Shown: in pieces, positions 18,714-28,732 of the stretch
How positions within the stretch are numbered: the stretch's first letter is position 1
Layout of the letters: each line of letters opens with the position of its first letter
NCBI GenBank assembly: GCA_012520515.1
Contig: JAAYOD010000051.1
Location: forward strand, 1,880-65,879
Source: Clostridiales bacterium
GTDB taxonomy: Bacteria; Bacillota; Clostridia; Christensenellales; DTU072
Reading direction: 5' to 3'
Length of the DNA: 64,000 nt
Program-made: the position numbers and the translations under genes
The notes under the pieces: model-generated
What the model was told of the DNA's origin: nothing
The model's input: only the letters and a program-made list of their open reading frames with translations
Databases searched by the model: none

Positions 18714-21329
18714 TTACTTTTGCTTTATTGCCGCATGAGCTGCTGCAAGGATAGCAATTGGTACGCGGAAAGGTGAGCAAGAAACATAATCTAATCCTAT
18801 TTCGTTGCAGAATTCTACCGTTGCTGGGTCGCCGCCATGCTCGCCGCAAATACCGCATTTTAAGTCAGCTTTTGTTGCTCTGCCGTCGGCTATTGCCATC
18901 TTCATAAGCTTGCCTACGCCGATTTGGTCAACTTTTTGGAATGGGTCTTGTTCAAATATCTTTTTAGCATAATAATCTTCCAAGAACTTAGCAGCGTCAT
19001 CACGGCTAAAGCCATATGTCATTTGTGTTAGGTCGTTTGTTCCAAAGCTAAAGAAGTCTGCTTCTTTTGCAATTTCGTCAGCAGTTAGAGCTGCTCTTGG
19101 GATTTCAATCATAGTTCCTACATGGTACTCAATCTTTTCTCCTCTTTCAGCCATAACAGCTTCTGCAGTTTCTACTACGATATCTTTTACATACTTCAAT
19201 TCTTTAACATCGCCAACTAAAGGAATCATAATTTCTGGTATTACAGTTGCGCCTTTTGCTTTTCTGTTAAGAGCAGCCTCAATAACAGCCTTAGTTTGCA
19301 TTGCTGCAATTTCAGGATATGTTATGGAAAGACGGCAACCACGATGTCCTAACATAGGGTTAACTTCGTGAAGTTCTTCGATAATTGCATTAAGTTTGTC
19401 AAAGCTCATATTCATTTGCTCTGCAAGCACCTTAATGTCTTCCTTTTTGCTAGGCAAGAACTCATGTAGAGGCGGGTCTAAGAAACGAATGGTAACAGGA
19501 TATTCGCCCATCGCTTCATATAGCTCTTCAAAGTCTTTTCTTTGCATAGGAAGTAATTTTGCCAAAGCTTTTTCTCTTTGCTCAGCGTTTTCAGCAACTA
19601 TCATTTCTCTAACAGCTAGTATTCTGTCTTCAGCAAAGAACATATGCTCAGTACGGCAAAGCCCTATTCCTTCCGCGCCAAACTTTCTAGCTGTTTTTGC
19701 TTCGTGCGGAGCGTCAGCATTTGTTCTAACCTTTAGCGTTCTAACTTCGTCAGCCCATTTCATAATGGTCTCAAAATATCCTGAAATTTCTGCCTCAGTG
19801 GTAGGTATCTTACCCTCGTAAACATTACCAGTTGAGCCATCTAGTGATAAATAGTCATCAGAGGTATAAACTTTGTCGCCAACGGTCAATGTTTTGGCTT
19901 CTTCGTCAATAATTAGCGCAGAGCAACCTGCCACACAGCATCTACCCATTCCGCGCGCAACAACTGCCGCGTGAGAAGTGCCGCCGCCGCGACCTGTTAG
20001 TATACCCTTAGCTACATTCATTCCTTCAATATCTTCTGCTGAAGTCTCTAGTCTTACCAATAGAACAGGTTCAGTTTGCGCCCTTTCCATTGCTTCTTCT
20101 GCCGTGAACGCAATCTTACCGCAGGCAGCGCCAGGACTTGCTGCAAGACCAGTTGCAATAGGTTTTGCTACCTTTAATGCCTTTTGCTCAAAGGTGGGGT
20201 GCAAAAGTTCGTCAAGCTGTTTTGGGTCTATCTTTAATAGCGCTTCTTCTTTGGTAACAAGCCCTTCTTCCACTAGCTCACAAGCAATGCGGATAGCTGC
20301 GTTGGCTGTTCTTTTGCCGTTACGGGTTTGTAGCATATAAAGTTTGCCTTCTTCAATGGTAAACTCCATATCTTGCATATCCTTAAAGTATTGTTCTAAT
20401 TTGTTGCTATAGCTTACAAATTCGTCATAAACAGCTTTGTTTGTTTCTTTTAGGTGGTCTATTGTTAAAGGAGTACGGATACCTGCAACAACATCTTCGC
20501 CTTGAGAATTCATAAGGTATTCTCCATAGAGCTTCTTTTCGCCAGTTGAGGGGTCGCGAGTAAACGCAACACCTGTTCCGCTGGTTTCTCCCATGTTACC
20601 AAATACCATTGCTTGAACATTGACAGCAGTACCCCAACTGCTTGGAATATCATTCATTCTGCGATACGCAATAGCTCTTGGGTTGTCCCAGCTCCTAAAT
20701 ACTGCTTCAATAGCTCCAACAAGTTGCTCTTTGGGGTCTTGAGGGAATTCTTCACCTTTTTCTCTCTTGTAATAGTCTTTGAATATCTTGATAAGTTCCA
20801 TCAAATCTTCTGCTGTGAACTCCGTATCTAGAGAAATGCCTCTCTTTTCTTTTTCTTGGTCAATAACAACTTCAAAGAAACCTTTACCTAGTCCGCAAAC
20901 AACATCGCTGTACATTTGTATAAATCTGCGATAGCAGTCATAAGCAAATCTGGGATTATTGGTCTTTTTTGCAAGACCCTTAACGCTAATATCGGTAAGT
21001 CCAAGGTTTAAGATAGTATCCATCATACCCGGCATACTAGCTCTTGAACCGCTTCTAACGCTTACCAAGAAAGGATTTTCTTCATCTCCGAATTTCTTTC
21101 CTGTTTCTTTCTCTAACGCAGCTAAACTTTCAAAAACTTGAGCAATAATATCTTTATCTATTACCTTGCCGTCCTCGTAATACTTGGTACAAGCCTCTGT
21201 GGTGATGATAAAACCTTGAGGCACTGGCATACCAAGGCTTGTCATCATAGCTAGGTTTGCGCCTTTTCCGCCAAACTTTTCCCTGTTGCCGTCTGCTTCT
21301 CTGAATAAATAAACAAATTTAGTCATCAA
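18714..21329 (-). CDS. ppdK: pyruvate, phosphate dikinase
   Basis: 871 aa. N-terminal ATP-grasp domain, phosphohistidine swivel motif GGGTSHAAVVARG, and C-terminal PEP-utilising TIM barrel (GLCRTEHMF, FSFGTNDLTQ). Confidence 0.97.
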   Translation of the reverse strand: MMTKFVYLFREADGNREKFGGKGANLAMMTSLGMPVPQGFIITTEACTKYYEDGKVIDKDIIAQVFESLAALEKETGKKFGDEENPFLVSVRSGSRASMPGMMDTILNLGLTDISVKGLAKKTNNPRFAYDCYRRFIQMYSDVVCGLGKGFFEVVIDQEKEKRGISLDTEFTAEDLMELIKIFKDYYKREKGEEFPQDPKEQLVGAIEAVFRSWDNPRAIAYRRMNDIPSSWGTAVNVQAMVFGNMGETSGTGVAFTRDPSTGEKKLYGEYLMNSQGEDVVAGIRTPLTIDHLKETNKAVYDEFVSYSNKLEQYFKDMQDMEFTIEEGKLYMLQTRNGKRTANAAIRIACELVEEGLVTKEEALLKIDPKQLDELLHPTFEQKALKVAKPIATGLAASPGAACGKIAFTAEEAMERAQTEPVLLVRLETSAEDIEGMNVAKGILTGRGGGTSHAAVVARGMGRCCVAGCSALIIDEEAKTLTVGDKVYTSDDYLSLDGSTGNVYEGKIPTTEAEISGYFETIMKWADEVRTLKVRTNADAPHEAKTARKFGAEGIGLCRTEHMFFAEDRILAVREMIVAENAEQREKALAKLLPMQRKDFEELYEAMGEYPVTIRFLDPPLHEFLPSKKEDIKVLAEQMNMSFDKLNAIIEELHEVNPMLGHRGCRLSITYPEIAAMQTKAVIEAALNRKAKGATVIPEIMIPLVGDVKELKYVKDIVVETAEAVMAERGEKIEYHVGTMIEIPRAALTADEIAKEADFFSFGTNDLTQMTYGFSRDDAAKFLEDYYAKKIFEQDPFQKVDQIGVGKLMKMAIADGRATKADLKCGICGEHGGDPATVEFCNEIGLDYVSCSPFRVPIAILAAAHAAIKQK

Positions 21330-21378
21330 AATTTCTCCTTTTATTTTATTTTTGTGATAAAAAAATTAAATCATTGAC

Positions 21379-21407
21379 ATTATACTAAAATATTCCATTT
21401 TTTACAA
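21379..21407 (-). promoter_or_regulatory. sigma-A-type promoter for ppdK
   Basis: Minus strand reads TTGTAA, 17 nt, TATAAT (-35 at 21407..21402, -10 at 21384..21379). An AAGGAG RBS precedes the ATG at 21329. Confidence 0.6.
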
Positions 21408-21463
21408 GCAAAAAACTACTACCTTAACAATAAAATAATTTATAATTAATAACTATTTATGAG

Positions 21464-22096
21464 CTATATCGTTTTTAATATTTGCGGGATAACTCTAAGG
21501 TTAATATTAACAGCGTTTTTTAATAATAAATTTAACAATTGTATGCCTTTTTTTACATTGTTTTCACTATAAGCTATATCATCGATGTTAGCATTATTTT
21601 TAACCAATTTGTTAATAAGCTCATAAATATCTACATCATATTTGGTTATTTCTTTATATTCTATACCCAAATCAGACATTGTTATGGCCATAAATTTTAG
21701 CGCATAAAGCAAGGCATAATTATTGCCGTAATTTATATCCTTTAAGGCATTTAGAAGAAGGGTTATTTCGCTATTTATATCGTCTTGCTCTCTTGCTATT
21801 TTTTCAAACAATTCTATACAAAGAATACCTGCTGAATACTTAGCGGTATCTGTCCACAAATTAAAAAAACTTTCTTTGCAATCGACACCGCGCAAAATAT
21901 ATCCTGTCTTTGCTTGGGTTAGGTGAAAATCTCCAAAAGTTAAAAGGTTGACGTATCCTTTCAGCTTTGCTTTTTCTCCCCTTGCCCCTTTAGCGTTTAC
22001 ACAGATAAGCCCCTTGTCTAGAGCTGCTATAGTAAGTAGTCTATCCTTTTCTTTATAGTCAACTACTCTTATTATTATACCTTTAACTGTGAGCAT
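21464..22096 (-). CDS. recO: DNA repair protein RecO (short form, no CxxC zinc finger seen)
   Basis: N-terminal OB-fold signature GIIIRVVDYKEKDRLLTI...LTFGDFHL. Conserved era-yqzL-recO position. Confidence 0.85.
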   Translation of the reverse strand: MLTVKGIIIRVVDYKEKDRLLTIAALDKGLICVNAKGARGEKAKLKGYVNLLTFGDFHLTQAKTGYILRGVDCKESFFNLWTDTAKYSAGILCIELFEKIAREQDDINSEITLLLNALKDINYGNNYALLYALKFMAITMSDLGIEYKEITKYDVDIYELINKLVKNNANIDDIAYSENNVKKGIQLLNLLLKNAVNINLRVIPQILKTI

Positions 22097-22254
22097 ACAA
22101 ACCTCTAAAAAACATATCTTTATTATACTTTGTAAAAATTATATAAGCAAGGTGAAAGCATTTAAAAAGTAGAAGAATCGAGAAGAGCGCAAATAAAAAT
22201 TTAACGGTTCTCGATTCTCTACTCAGGGTAATTACCTAGAAGTTGGATTGCAAG

Positions 22255-22374
22255 CTACTTAAACATATTCTTGGTCTTATCGTTTTTCAAAGCATTATAC
22301 AGCATATAATATCCTGTGTTACCGCTTTTCTCAAACATTTTCCAAAATACTTCACTTGTATCTTTCTCTTTCAT
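22255..22374 (-). CDS. yqzL: YqzL-family small protein (39 aa, below the ORF-track cutoff)
   Basis: Hand translation gives MKEKDTSEVFWKMFEKSGNTGYYMLYNALKNDKTKNMFK. The FWK.F..TG....Y..Y core matches the YqzL family. GAGAGG RBS sits 10 nt upstream. It occupies the position between era and recO seen in Bacillus. Confidence 0.7.
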   Translation of the reverse strand: MKEKDTSEVFWKMFEKSGNTGYYMLYNALKNDKTKNMFK

Positions 22375-22530
22375 AGATAAAATACCTCTCTTTATACTTG
22401 CAAGCTACTAATCATCTAAAACACTCAGATTACTCTTTCGCTTACAATAATAGAATAGGCAAAATTAATTTTTTTATTCAAATAATATTTACAAAATATG
22501 GATATAAAAAAATAGGCCTTGTTTTACAAC

Positions 22531-23919
22531 TTAATTATCATACCCTAATTCTTTCAAAACTAGGCTATTTTCTCTCCATTCTGTTCTAACCTTAACAAAA
22601 AGTGTCAAAAAAACTTTGCTTCCAGTGATATTCTCTAAGTCCTGTCTAGCGTAAGTGCCTATATTCTTTATCATACTGCCCCCTTTTCCTAAAATAATTG
22701 GTTTGTGGGCAGCTTTTTCGCAAATAATATCTGCATCTATATCAATGATATCTCCGCTTTCTCTCATTTGGTACTTGGTTATGTCTACACCTATGCCGTA
22801 GGGGACTTCCATATTTAATAACCTTAACGCCTTTTCACGAATAATTTCGCTAGCTATAAAACGCATATTTTTATCGGTGTACTGGTCTTTATCATAATAT
22901 TTTATATGGTCGGTAAGCAGTTTTTTTATTTCTTCCTTTAGTGGCTCTATATTTCTGCCACGCAAAGCGCTAATTGGCACTACTGCTTGCAATTTTGCAA
23001 AGTTTTTAAGCTCTGTTAATATTCCAAACACCTTTTCTTTAGTTACGCGGTCAACTTTATTTACAACAGCAATTACTTTAATATCGGCGTCTAGGTAAAT
23101 TGCGATGTTTTCCTTGTCCTTTTGGTCAAACTGCTTTTCAGCGTCAATCAAATATAATAAACAATCTATACCGTCAAGAGCAGAGTTTGCCGCTCTCATC
23201 ATATATTTTCCTAGCGAATTCTTAGGCTTATGAAGACCGGGCGTATCAATAAAAATAATTTGATAAGACGGTTCGTTATAAATGCCCAATATCTTATTTC
23301 TAGTAGTTTGGGGTTTCCAGCTAACTATAGCTACTTTTTCACCCACAAGGGTATTTATAAGAGTGGATTTACCAGCGTTTGGTTTGCCCATAATGGCAAC
23401 AAAACCTGACTTAAAATCAGTTGCTGCCATTTGACTTTTGTTATCGCTTTTCTCTCTTTCTAAATTAGCTTCTTTCATAATTTCTTCAGTTATTTTCTCC
23501 ATTTTTTCGCTATCGGCGCCTAGGTTATGGTCGTAGCCGAGCAAATGTAGTAGTCCATGGCAGGTAAGAAATCCAATTTCCCTTTCTATACTGTGCCCAT
23601 ACTCTATCGCTTGCTCTAAAGCTTTATCAAGGCAGATAAATATTTCTCCTAGCATAAGGCTATTATCTTGAGGATTTATTTCTGTTAAGTATTTGCTAGT
23701 ATCTATGGGAAAACGCAAATTTTGTATATTTTGAAAACTCAAAACATCGGTAACCTTGTCTATATTTCTTGTTCGCTTATTAAGTATGCGAATTTCTTCA
23801 TTGTCTACTAGATTAATCTCTACATCTATGTCTTTATAGTTTGATTGATGTTTTTCTATTGTAATCTTAACTACTTTTTCTATAATATCTCTATATTCAT
23901 CACCGTATGTTTTTATCAT
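22531..23919 (-). CDS. fusion protein: rRNA-maturation endoribonuclease YbeY (aa 1 to about 150) plus GTPase Era (aa about 170-462)
   Basis: Single uninterrupted 462-aa ORF. YbeY zinc motif HGLLHLLGYDH at aa 121-131. Era motifs G1 GKPNAGKST, G3 DTPG, G4 NKVD, and a C-terminal KH domain (ILGKGGSMIK). Confidence 0.9.
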   Translation of the reverse strand: MIKTYGDEYRDIIEKVVKITIEKHQSNYKDIDVEINLVDNEEIRILNKRTRNIDKVTDVLSFQNIQNLRFPIDTSKYLTEINPQDNSLMLGEIFICLDKALEQAIEYGHSIEREIGFLTCHGLLHLLGYDHNLGADSEKMEKITEEIMKEANLEREKSDNKSQMAATDFKSGFVAIMGKPNAGKSTLINTLVGEKVAIVSWKPQTTRNKILGIYNEPSYQIIFIDTPGLHKPKNSLGKYMMRAANSALDGIDCLLYLIDAEKQFDQKDKENIAIYLDADIKVIAVVNKVDRVTKEKVFGILTELKNFAKLQAVVPISALRGRNIEPLKEEIKKLLTDHIKYYDKDQYTDKNMRFIASEIIREKALRLLNMEVPYGIGVDITKYQMRESGDIIDIDADIICEKAAHKPIILGKGGSMIKNIGTYARQDLENITGSKVFLTLFVKVRTEWRENSLVLKELGYDN

Positions 23920-23926
23920 AAGTCCC

Positions 23927-25369
23927 CTACTTAGAATATTTTATGCGCTGGTGATAAAGGCTGGGTATAGTTTCTACAAGCGTATCTTCTATATCCTTTA
24001 TATCCTTTAAGGTAAGCGGACACTCATCAAATTGATTATGGCGCACCTTATCTTGTATAAGACCGTGAATAAAGGAGCGGAAGTTTTCAATATCTTGGTC
24101 AATGCCTTGCGCTCTAGTAGCAGCTTCCACAGTATCAGCTATCATAATTATTGCCGCCACCTTTGTTTGCGGTTTTGGACCTTGATAACAAAATTCTTCT
24201 TGCTCTAGCTCTTCGTCAGTAATGTTTCTTACTTTATGATAAAAATACTTTACCGCCGTCGTTCCATGGTGTTCTCTTGCCGTGTCGGCAATTATGCTTG
24301 GGAATTTATTTTGTTTTAACAAGTCGTATCCATGGTCTGTATGGTCCGTTATCATCTTAATGCTGACTTCAGGAATAAAGTCGTCATGCGGATTATAACC
24401 TTTTTGGTTTTCAGTAAAACAAATGGGATTTTTAATCTTTCCAAGGTCATGATAATATGCGCAAGCTTTAGCAAGGGCAGGGTTTTCACCTATTTTGATA
24501 GCGCACGCTTCAGCTATATTGCCAACGGCAAGTGAATGATTGTATGTGCCTGGGGCTTCGGTAGCTAGTTTTCTTAATAATGGGTATTCTGCAGAGCATA
24601 ACTCTTCTAGCCTGAAGTTTGTATACAGGCGGAAGATACTTTCAAACATTGGCAAAAGCACCATAAAGAAAGCTACGCTGAGCACTATGGAGACAAACGC
24701 CCATAAGCTGTTTACAAGAATATCAAAAGCTGTAAAATCAACATTTATAAGAGTGCACAGTATAGCGACTGGAATTGCCACAAAAAGTCCAATTATGAGC
24801 GATTTTATAAAAAAGCTCATTCTTGTATAGGTGTGACGCATTACAATTACAAATATACAGCCGCTAATCGAACTAGTTATTACCGCTGAAAGCAAACCCG
24901 AAATATCAGAACCTGGCGATATTGTTAGATACAAAAAGAAAAAAGCTAGGTTTATAAGCACATTGCCAAATAAAGCTAGCTGTCTTTCAATGAGCATTCC
25001 TATAAGGAGTCCTGACATTACCAAAGGCATTGTGTATACAGAAATAAATGCTCCAAATATAATGGCGAAAAAATAAGTTAAGGTAATGACCAGCATAATT
25101 ACAAGTAGCTGTTTTCTGCTGTCCATTTTGTCCGCGTGCCTTACATGCATATAACTCTCTAATGAAAAAAGCACGAAAAACAATATTCCGCTCGCCACAA
25201 AAAATCTGTAATAGTTGGAAAATGTTGCGCTAAGTCTTTCTTGATTTACGCCGCTTTCCAACAACCCCAGCAAAAATGGCAAAGCCAAAGCAAATAAGAC
25301 CATAAAAAAAATGTTTAGATAATGCCTTTTTCTTTTTACGGCCATGCTATTGGGAATAGAATATTTCAT
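23927..25369 (-). CDS. pgpH: 7TM-HD membrane phosphohydrolase (PgpH/YqfF family, short form)
   Basis: Seven predicted TM helices followed by an HD domain (YNHSLAVGN...YYHDLGK...EHHGT). Conserved position upstream of ybeY. Confidence 0.85.
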   Translation of the reverse strand: MKYSIPNSMAVKRKRHYLNIFFMVLFALALPFLLGLLESGVNQERLSATFSNYYRFFVASGILFFVLFSLESYMHVRHADKMDSRKQLLVIMLVITLTYFFAIIFGAFISVYTMPLVMSGLLIGMLIERQLALFGNVLINLAFFFLYLTISPGSDISGLLSAVITSSISGCIFVIVMRHTYTRMSFFIKSLIIGLFVAIPVAILCTLINVDFTAFDILVNSLWAFVSIVLSVAFFMVLLPMFESIFRLYTNFRLEELCSAEYPLLRKLATEAPGTYNHSLAVGNIAEACAIKIGENPALAKACAYYHDLGKIKNPICFTENQKGYNPHDDFIPEVSIKMITDHTDHGYDLLKQNKFPSIIADTAREHHGTTAVKYFYHKVRNITDEELEQEEFCYQGPKPQTKVAAIIMIADTVEAATRAQGIDQDIENFRSFIHGLIQDKVRHNQFDECPLTLKDIKDIEDTLVETIPSLYHQRIKYSK

Positions 25370-25379
25370 AAACCCCCTC

Positions 25380-26489
25380 TTATGTAATTTTTGTTTCTAT
25401 CTCATAGTATATAACTAATTTAATCTTTTTGTCTAGCATTTTTGTTGTATGCCAATTTCTTATCACCATACAATCGCTTGGCAACTCTTCAAATAATTTG
25501 TTAGTATGCTTTTCTACAATAGCTTGTTCATTTTCTTCAAAATTCATTTCTTTTTCAACATTTTTAGTTTCGTAGTAAGTATAAATTGTGTAAGGAATAG
25601 CTATAACACTGTTAAGATAACAAGTTTGTTTTTCTACTTCATACTGCTTGAATTCTGGCTTATAATCGTCTGCTTTATTAAAAAACTTTACTCGGCTTAC
25701 GCTCTTTCCAGTGCGCTCCGCTGTAATATAGGTTTTTTCAATAATAAGTTCTTTAGTTATCCAAACTCTGCCATATGCTATCCCGTTTGCATATGTTGGG
25801 GCTGTTAAATTTTGCTCCTCATCTAATACCACAATTGCTGATATAATGGTTTGACCTTTTTTGACACTATCGCCTTTTTTTACCTTGCAAGTGCCCGAAA
25901 ATGCAACTACTCTAGTGATTATGCTGTCATACTTTGATACTACATCTTTATAGACTGTTTTATCTTCAATATCTACTTTGGGCAGTTCTTCATACACTTG
26001 TACAAAAAGCGTATTGCCTTTTCTAGACACCGAAGCGCTTGAGATGCCCTCTATCGCTATTATATCTTTAGTTAGCGTATTAAAATCGGCTTTAGGCTTA
26101 AATGTGGGCAGTTCTAAATGCTTATCAATGACTTTCTTTATCTCACTTTGTTCTACCAAATTATTGCCGCTAATTTCCACTCTTGCAAGTGTGCCGCCGT
26201 AAAAAACCATAAATAATGCCACTATCATAAGCCCTGTATACAGTCCAAACCGTAAAGTATTTTTTTTGAAAAAAGTCTTTACAGAGCTATCTTTTAAGAT
26301 GGCGTACTCTTTTGAACGCTCATTTAGCATATTAATTACATCGTCTTTATATATCGATTTTACACAAAAAACTGTGTATTCATTTTTGCTAACAATCTTT
26401 TTAAGAGGTATTTTGTTGTAATTTAATAAATTAATCATAAAAACGGTATCAGCTTTTACCTTAAAACGACAATGATTAATCATTAGCAC
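25380..26489 (-). CDS. yqfD: sporulation protein YqfD
   Basis: 369 aa with a single central TM at about aa 80-100. Architecture and the overlap with yqfC match the yqfC-yqfD pair of endospore formers. Confidence 0.75.
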   Translation of the reverse strand: MLMINHCRFKVKADTVFMINLLNYNKIPLKKIVSKNEYTVFCVKSIYKDDVINMLNERSKEYAILKDSSVKTFFKKNTLRFGLYTGLMIVALFMVFYGGTLARVEISGNNLVEQSEIKKVIDKHLELPTFKPKADFNTLTKDIIAIEGISSASVSRKGNTLFVQVYEELPKVDIEDKTVYKDVVSKYDSIITRVVAFSGTCKVKKGDSVKKGQTIISAIVVLDEEQNLTAPTYANGIAYGRVWITKELIIEKTYITAERTGKSVSRVKFFNKADDYKPEFKQYEVEKQTCYLNSVIAIPYTIYTYYETKNVEKEMNFEENEQAIVEKHTNKLFEELPSDCMVIRNWHTTKMLDKKIKLVIYYEIETKIT

Positions 26490-26743
26490 ACCTCTATTGA
26501 TGCTATATGTCCACGAATATATAATTCATCGCAGCTAACTTCATTAATAAAAAGGTTGTTGCCTGTGATTTCTAATTTTTTCTTGCCAATTCTAACCACT
26601 ATTTTTGTAGGTGTAAAAAGCAATAGTCCTTTATGCCCCTCAATAAGCGCGCCTTTAAAATTACAAATAGTAATTTTTAACCCCACTGTATCTTCAATAG
26701 GCATACCTAGCTTTAGTAGCATATCATCATAAAAGTTGCTCAT
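26483..26743 (-). CDS. yqfC: sporulation protein YqfC
   Basis: 86 aa, containing the segment IEGHKGLLLFTPTKIVVR. It is immediately upstream of yqfD and overlaps it. Confidence 0.7.
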   Translation of the reverse strand: MSNFYDDMLLKLGMPIEDTVGLKITICNFKGALIEGHKGLLLFTPTKIVVRIGKKKLEITGNNLFINEVSCDELYIRGHIASIEVC

Positions 26744-26855
26744 ATTTGATTTTATGAGCTAATAAGGTTATTAATTACTTAGATTTAATTAAATTAACTA
26801 CTACAAGACAAAATAATTAGCAAAATAGCGCAAAAAATGCCACTGCCTTATGAAA

Positions 26856-27767
26856 TTAAATTATTTTCTTTTGCAATTTCTCTATCACTTCAGAAAAGTA
26901 TTGCGGTAGCGGTGCCATAAAAGTCATTTCTTCATTGGTTTTGGGGTGAATAATAGTAAGTTTATATGCATGTAAAAGCTGGCCATCTAAGCCAAACTTA
27001 TCTTTTTTGCCATAGACAGTATCTCCAACTATTGGATGGTTTATATACTTTGCGTGTACGCGGATTTGGTGCGTTCTACCTGTTTTAAGCTGAAATTCCA
27101 CCAATGTATAGTCGCCAAATCGTTCTATTACCTTATAGTGCGTTACAGCCTGTCTGCCTGTATCGTCAACCGACATTATCTTTCTGTCTTTTTTGCTTCT
27201 TGCAATTCCTTTATCTATAATTCCTGTGTCTTCTTTAATATTGCCGCACACCAAAGCTAAATAGTAGCGCCCCGCAGTTTTGTTTTCTATTTGCTTTGCC
27301 AAAGACAAATGAGCATCATTGGTTTTTGCAACAACTAATAGACCGCTAGTGTCTTTATCTAATCTATGTACAATCCCTGGGCGTAAAACGCCGTTTATAC
27401 CGCTTAAATCTTTGATGTGGTACATAATGGCGTTAACTAATGTGTTATTAGGTGAACCTACAGACGGATGAGTAACCATGCCTTGCGCTTTATTAATTAC
27501 GGCAATGTGGGCGTCTTGATAAATGATATCCAAAGGTAAATTTTGCGGCTTTGCCGAAATTTCTATTTCTTTTTCTATGGTAACTTCAATCTCTCCCCCA
27601 TCTCTAACTAAAAAACCGCTTTTTGATATAATTTCTCCATTATAAACAACATTGCCGTTTGTAATCATAGTTTTTACGCGAGAGCGTGTAAAACCAAGCT
27701 GTTCTGCTAAAAAAACATCAATTCTTTGGGTGATATTAGGGTATAAAAAGCGCTTTTTCATAAGCAT
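26856..27767 (-). CDS. rluD: RluA/RluD-family 23S rRNA pseudouridine synthase
   Basis: N-terminal S4 domain and catalytic HRLDKDTSG motif. Conserved lspA-rluD pairing. The true start may be the MKKRF Met two codons downstream. Confidence 0.92.
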   Translation of the reverse strand: MLMKKRFLYPNITQRIDVFLAEQLGFTRSRVKTMITNGNVVYNGEIISKSGFLVRDGGEIEVTIEKEIEISAKPQNLPLDIIYQDAHIAVINKAQGMVTHPSVGSPNNTLVNAIMYHIKDLSGINGVLRPGIVHRLDKDTSGLLVVAKTNDAHLSLAKQIENKTAGRYYLALVCGNIKEDTGIIDKGIARSKKDRKIMSVDDTGRQAVTHYKVIERFGDYTLVEFQLKTGRTHQIRVHAKYINHPIVGDTVYGKKDKFGLDGQLLHAYKLTIIHPKTNEEMTFMAPLPQYFSEVIEKLQKKII

Positions 27768-28399
27768 TAATTATTGTCTTGCTCTAAGCTACTATCACTA
27801 TTTGTGCTTAGTATCTCTTTTTTAGATTCTTTTGCTTTTCTAAACTCTTCTTCTTCCTTGTTAAAGAAAAATATCACATATATAAGCAGTAAGATAGTAC
27901 CTATTGTTAAAAAGCTGTCTGCCACATTAAACACTGCAAAATTAATTAGTTCAAAATACAAAAAATCTCTTACATGCCCTAAAGCTATCCTGTCTACAAT
28001 ATTGCCAATTGCTCCGCCTGTTACCATAATAAGCGAAGTTCTCAAAAATTTGTTGCGTCTAGGATACGAATAAAACAAAAATATCAATAAAAATACTGCA
28101 CATATGGCGCTAATTATGGTAAGAATGGTAGTTTTATCTTTAAAAATTCCAAAGCTTGCCCCTGTGTTTTGGACAGCGGTAAAGCGGAATACATTTTTAA
28201 TAACAATAATATCTCCCTCTGCCGCGCAATATCCATAGATATATTTTTTGGTAAGCAAGTCAAATAGCACAATAACTGCTACTATGGCTATTTCAATAAA
28301 ACCAAAAAGCCAGCGTTTTTTATCTTTTATGGCAAGGAGAAAATCTCCTTTTAATTCAATAAGAGTATCTTTGAATTCTTTTCTGTCTTCTTTTGCCAT
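27767..28399 (-). CDS. lspA: lipoprotein signal peptidase II
   Basis: NTGASFG, NIVDR and FNVAD motifs with four TM helices. It carries extended N- and C-terminal tails. Confidence 0.92.
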   Translation of the reverse strand: MAKEDRKEFKDTLIELKGDFLLAIKDKKRWLFGFIEIAIVAVIVLFDLLTKKYIYGYCAAEGDIIVIKNVFRFTAVQNTGASFGIFKDKTTILTIISAICAVFLLIFLFYSYPRRNKFLRTSLIMVTGGAIGNIVDRIALGHVRDFLYFELINFAVFNVADSFLTIGTILLLIYVIFFFNKEEEEFRKAKESKKEILSTNSDSSLEQDNN

Positions 28400-28411
28400 G
28401 GTATCTCCATC

Positions 28412-28732
28412 TTAATTTTTTCTTGCCGAACTTATTTTGACCCCTTCAGGTATAAGAATATACATTTTATGCTCTAGCCTTCGCACAGTGCCAGAGAGCG
28501 CAAATACTCCGCCACTTATAAAATCTAGCATTCTTTGGGCTAGACTAGACGGTATATTCTCAAAATCCACTATCACACTTTCTTTATTTCTGAGTTTTTC
28601 CACAATAAGTTCTACATCGGCAAACTCTTCAGGATACACAGTCCCGACTGGTTTTCTTTTTGGTTTGGATTTCTTTTTGGTAACTTGTAGATTTACAAAG
28701 CCACGCACTACGCTTTTAGCCCCTTTGACCAA
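28412..28732 (-). CDS. sepF: cell division protein SepF (short)
   Basis: The C-terminal SepF core (LRNKESVIVDFENIPSSLAQRMLDFISGGVFALSGTVRRL) matches the family. Located downstream of yggS/ylmE. Confidence 0.85.
   Translation of the reverse strand: MVKGAKSVVRGFVNLQVTKKKSKPKRKPVGTVYPEEFADVELIVEKLRNKESVIVDFENIPSSLAQRMLDFISGGVFALSGTVRRLEHKMYILIPEGVKISSARKN

Noticed and set aside
22174-22220. An 11-bp inverted repeat (AGAATCGAGAA ... TTCTCGATTCT) downstream of yqzL, considered as a terminator.
   Set aside because: The loop is about 23 nt and the trailing T-run is weak. recO follows immediately and is normally co-transcribed with era-yqzL. At most it is an attenuating structure.
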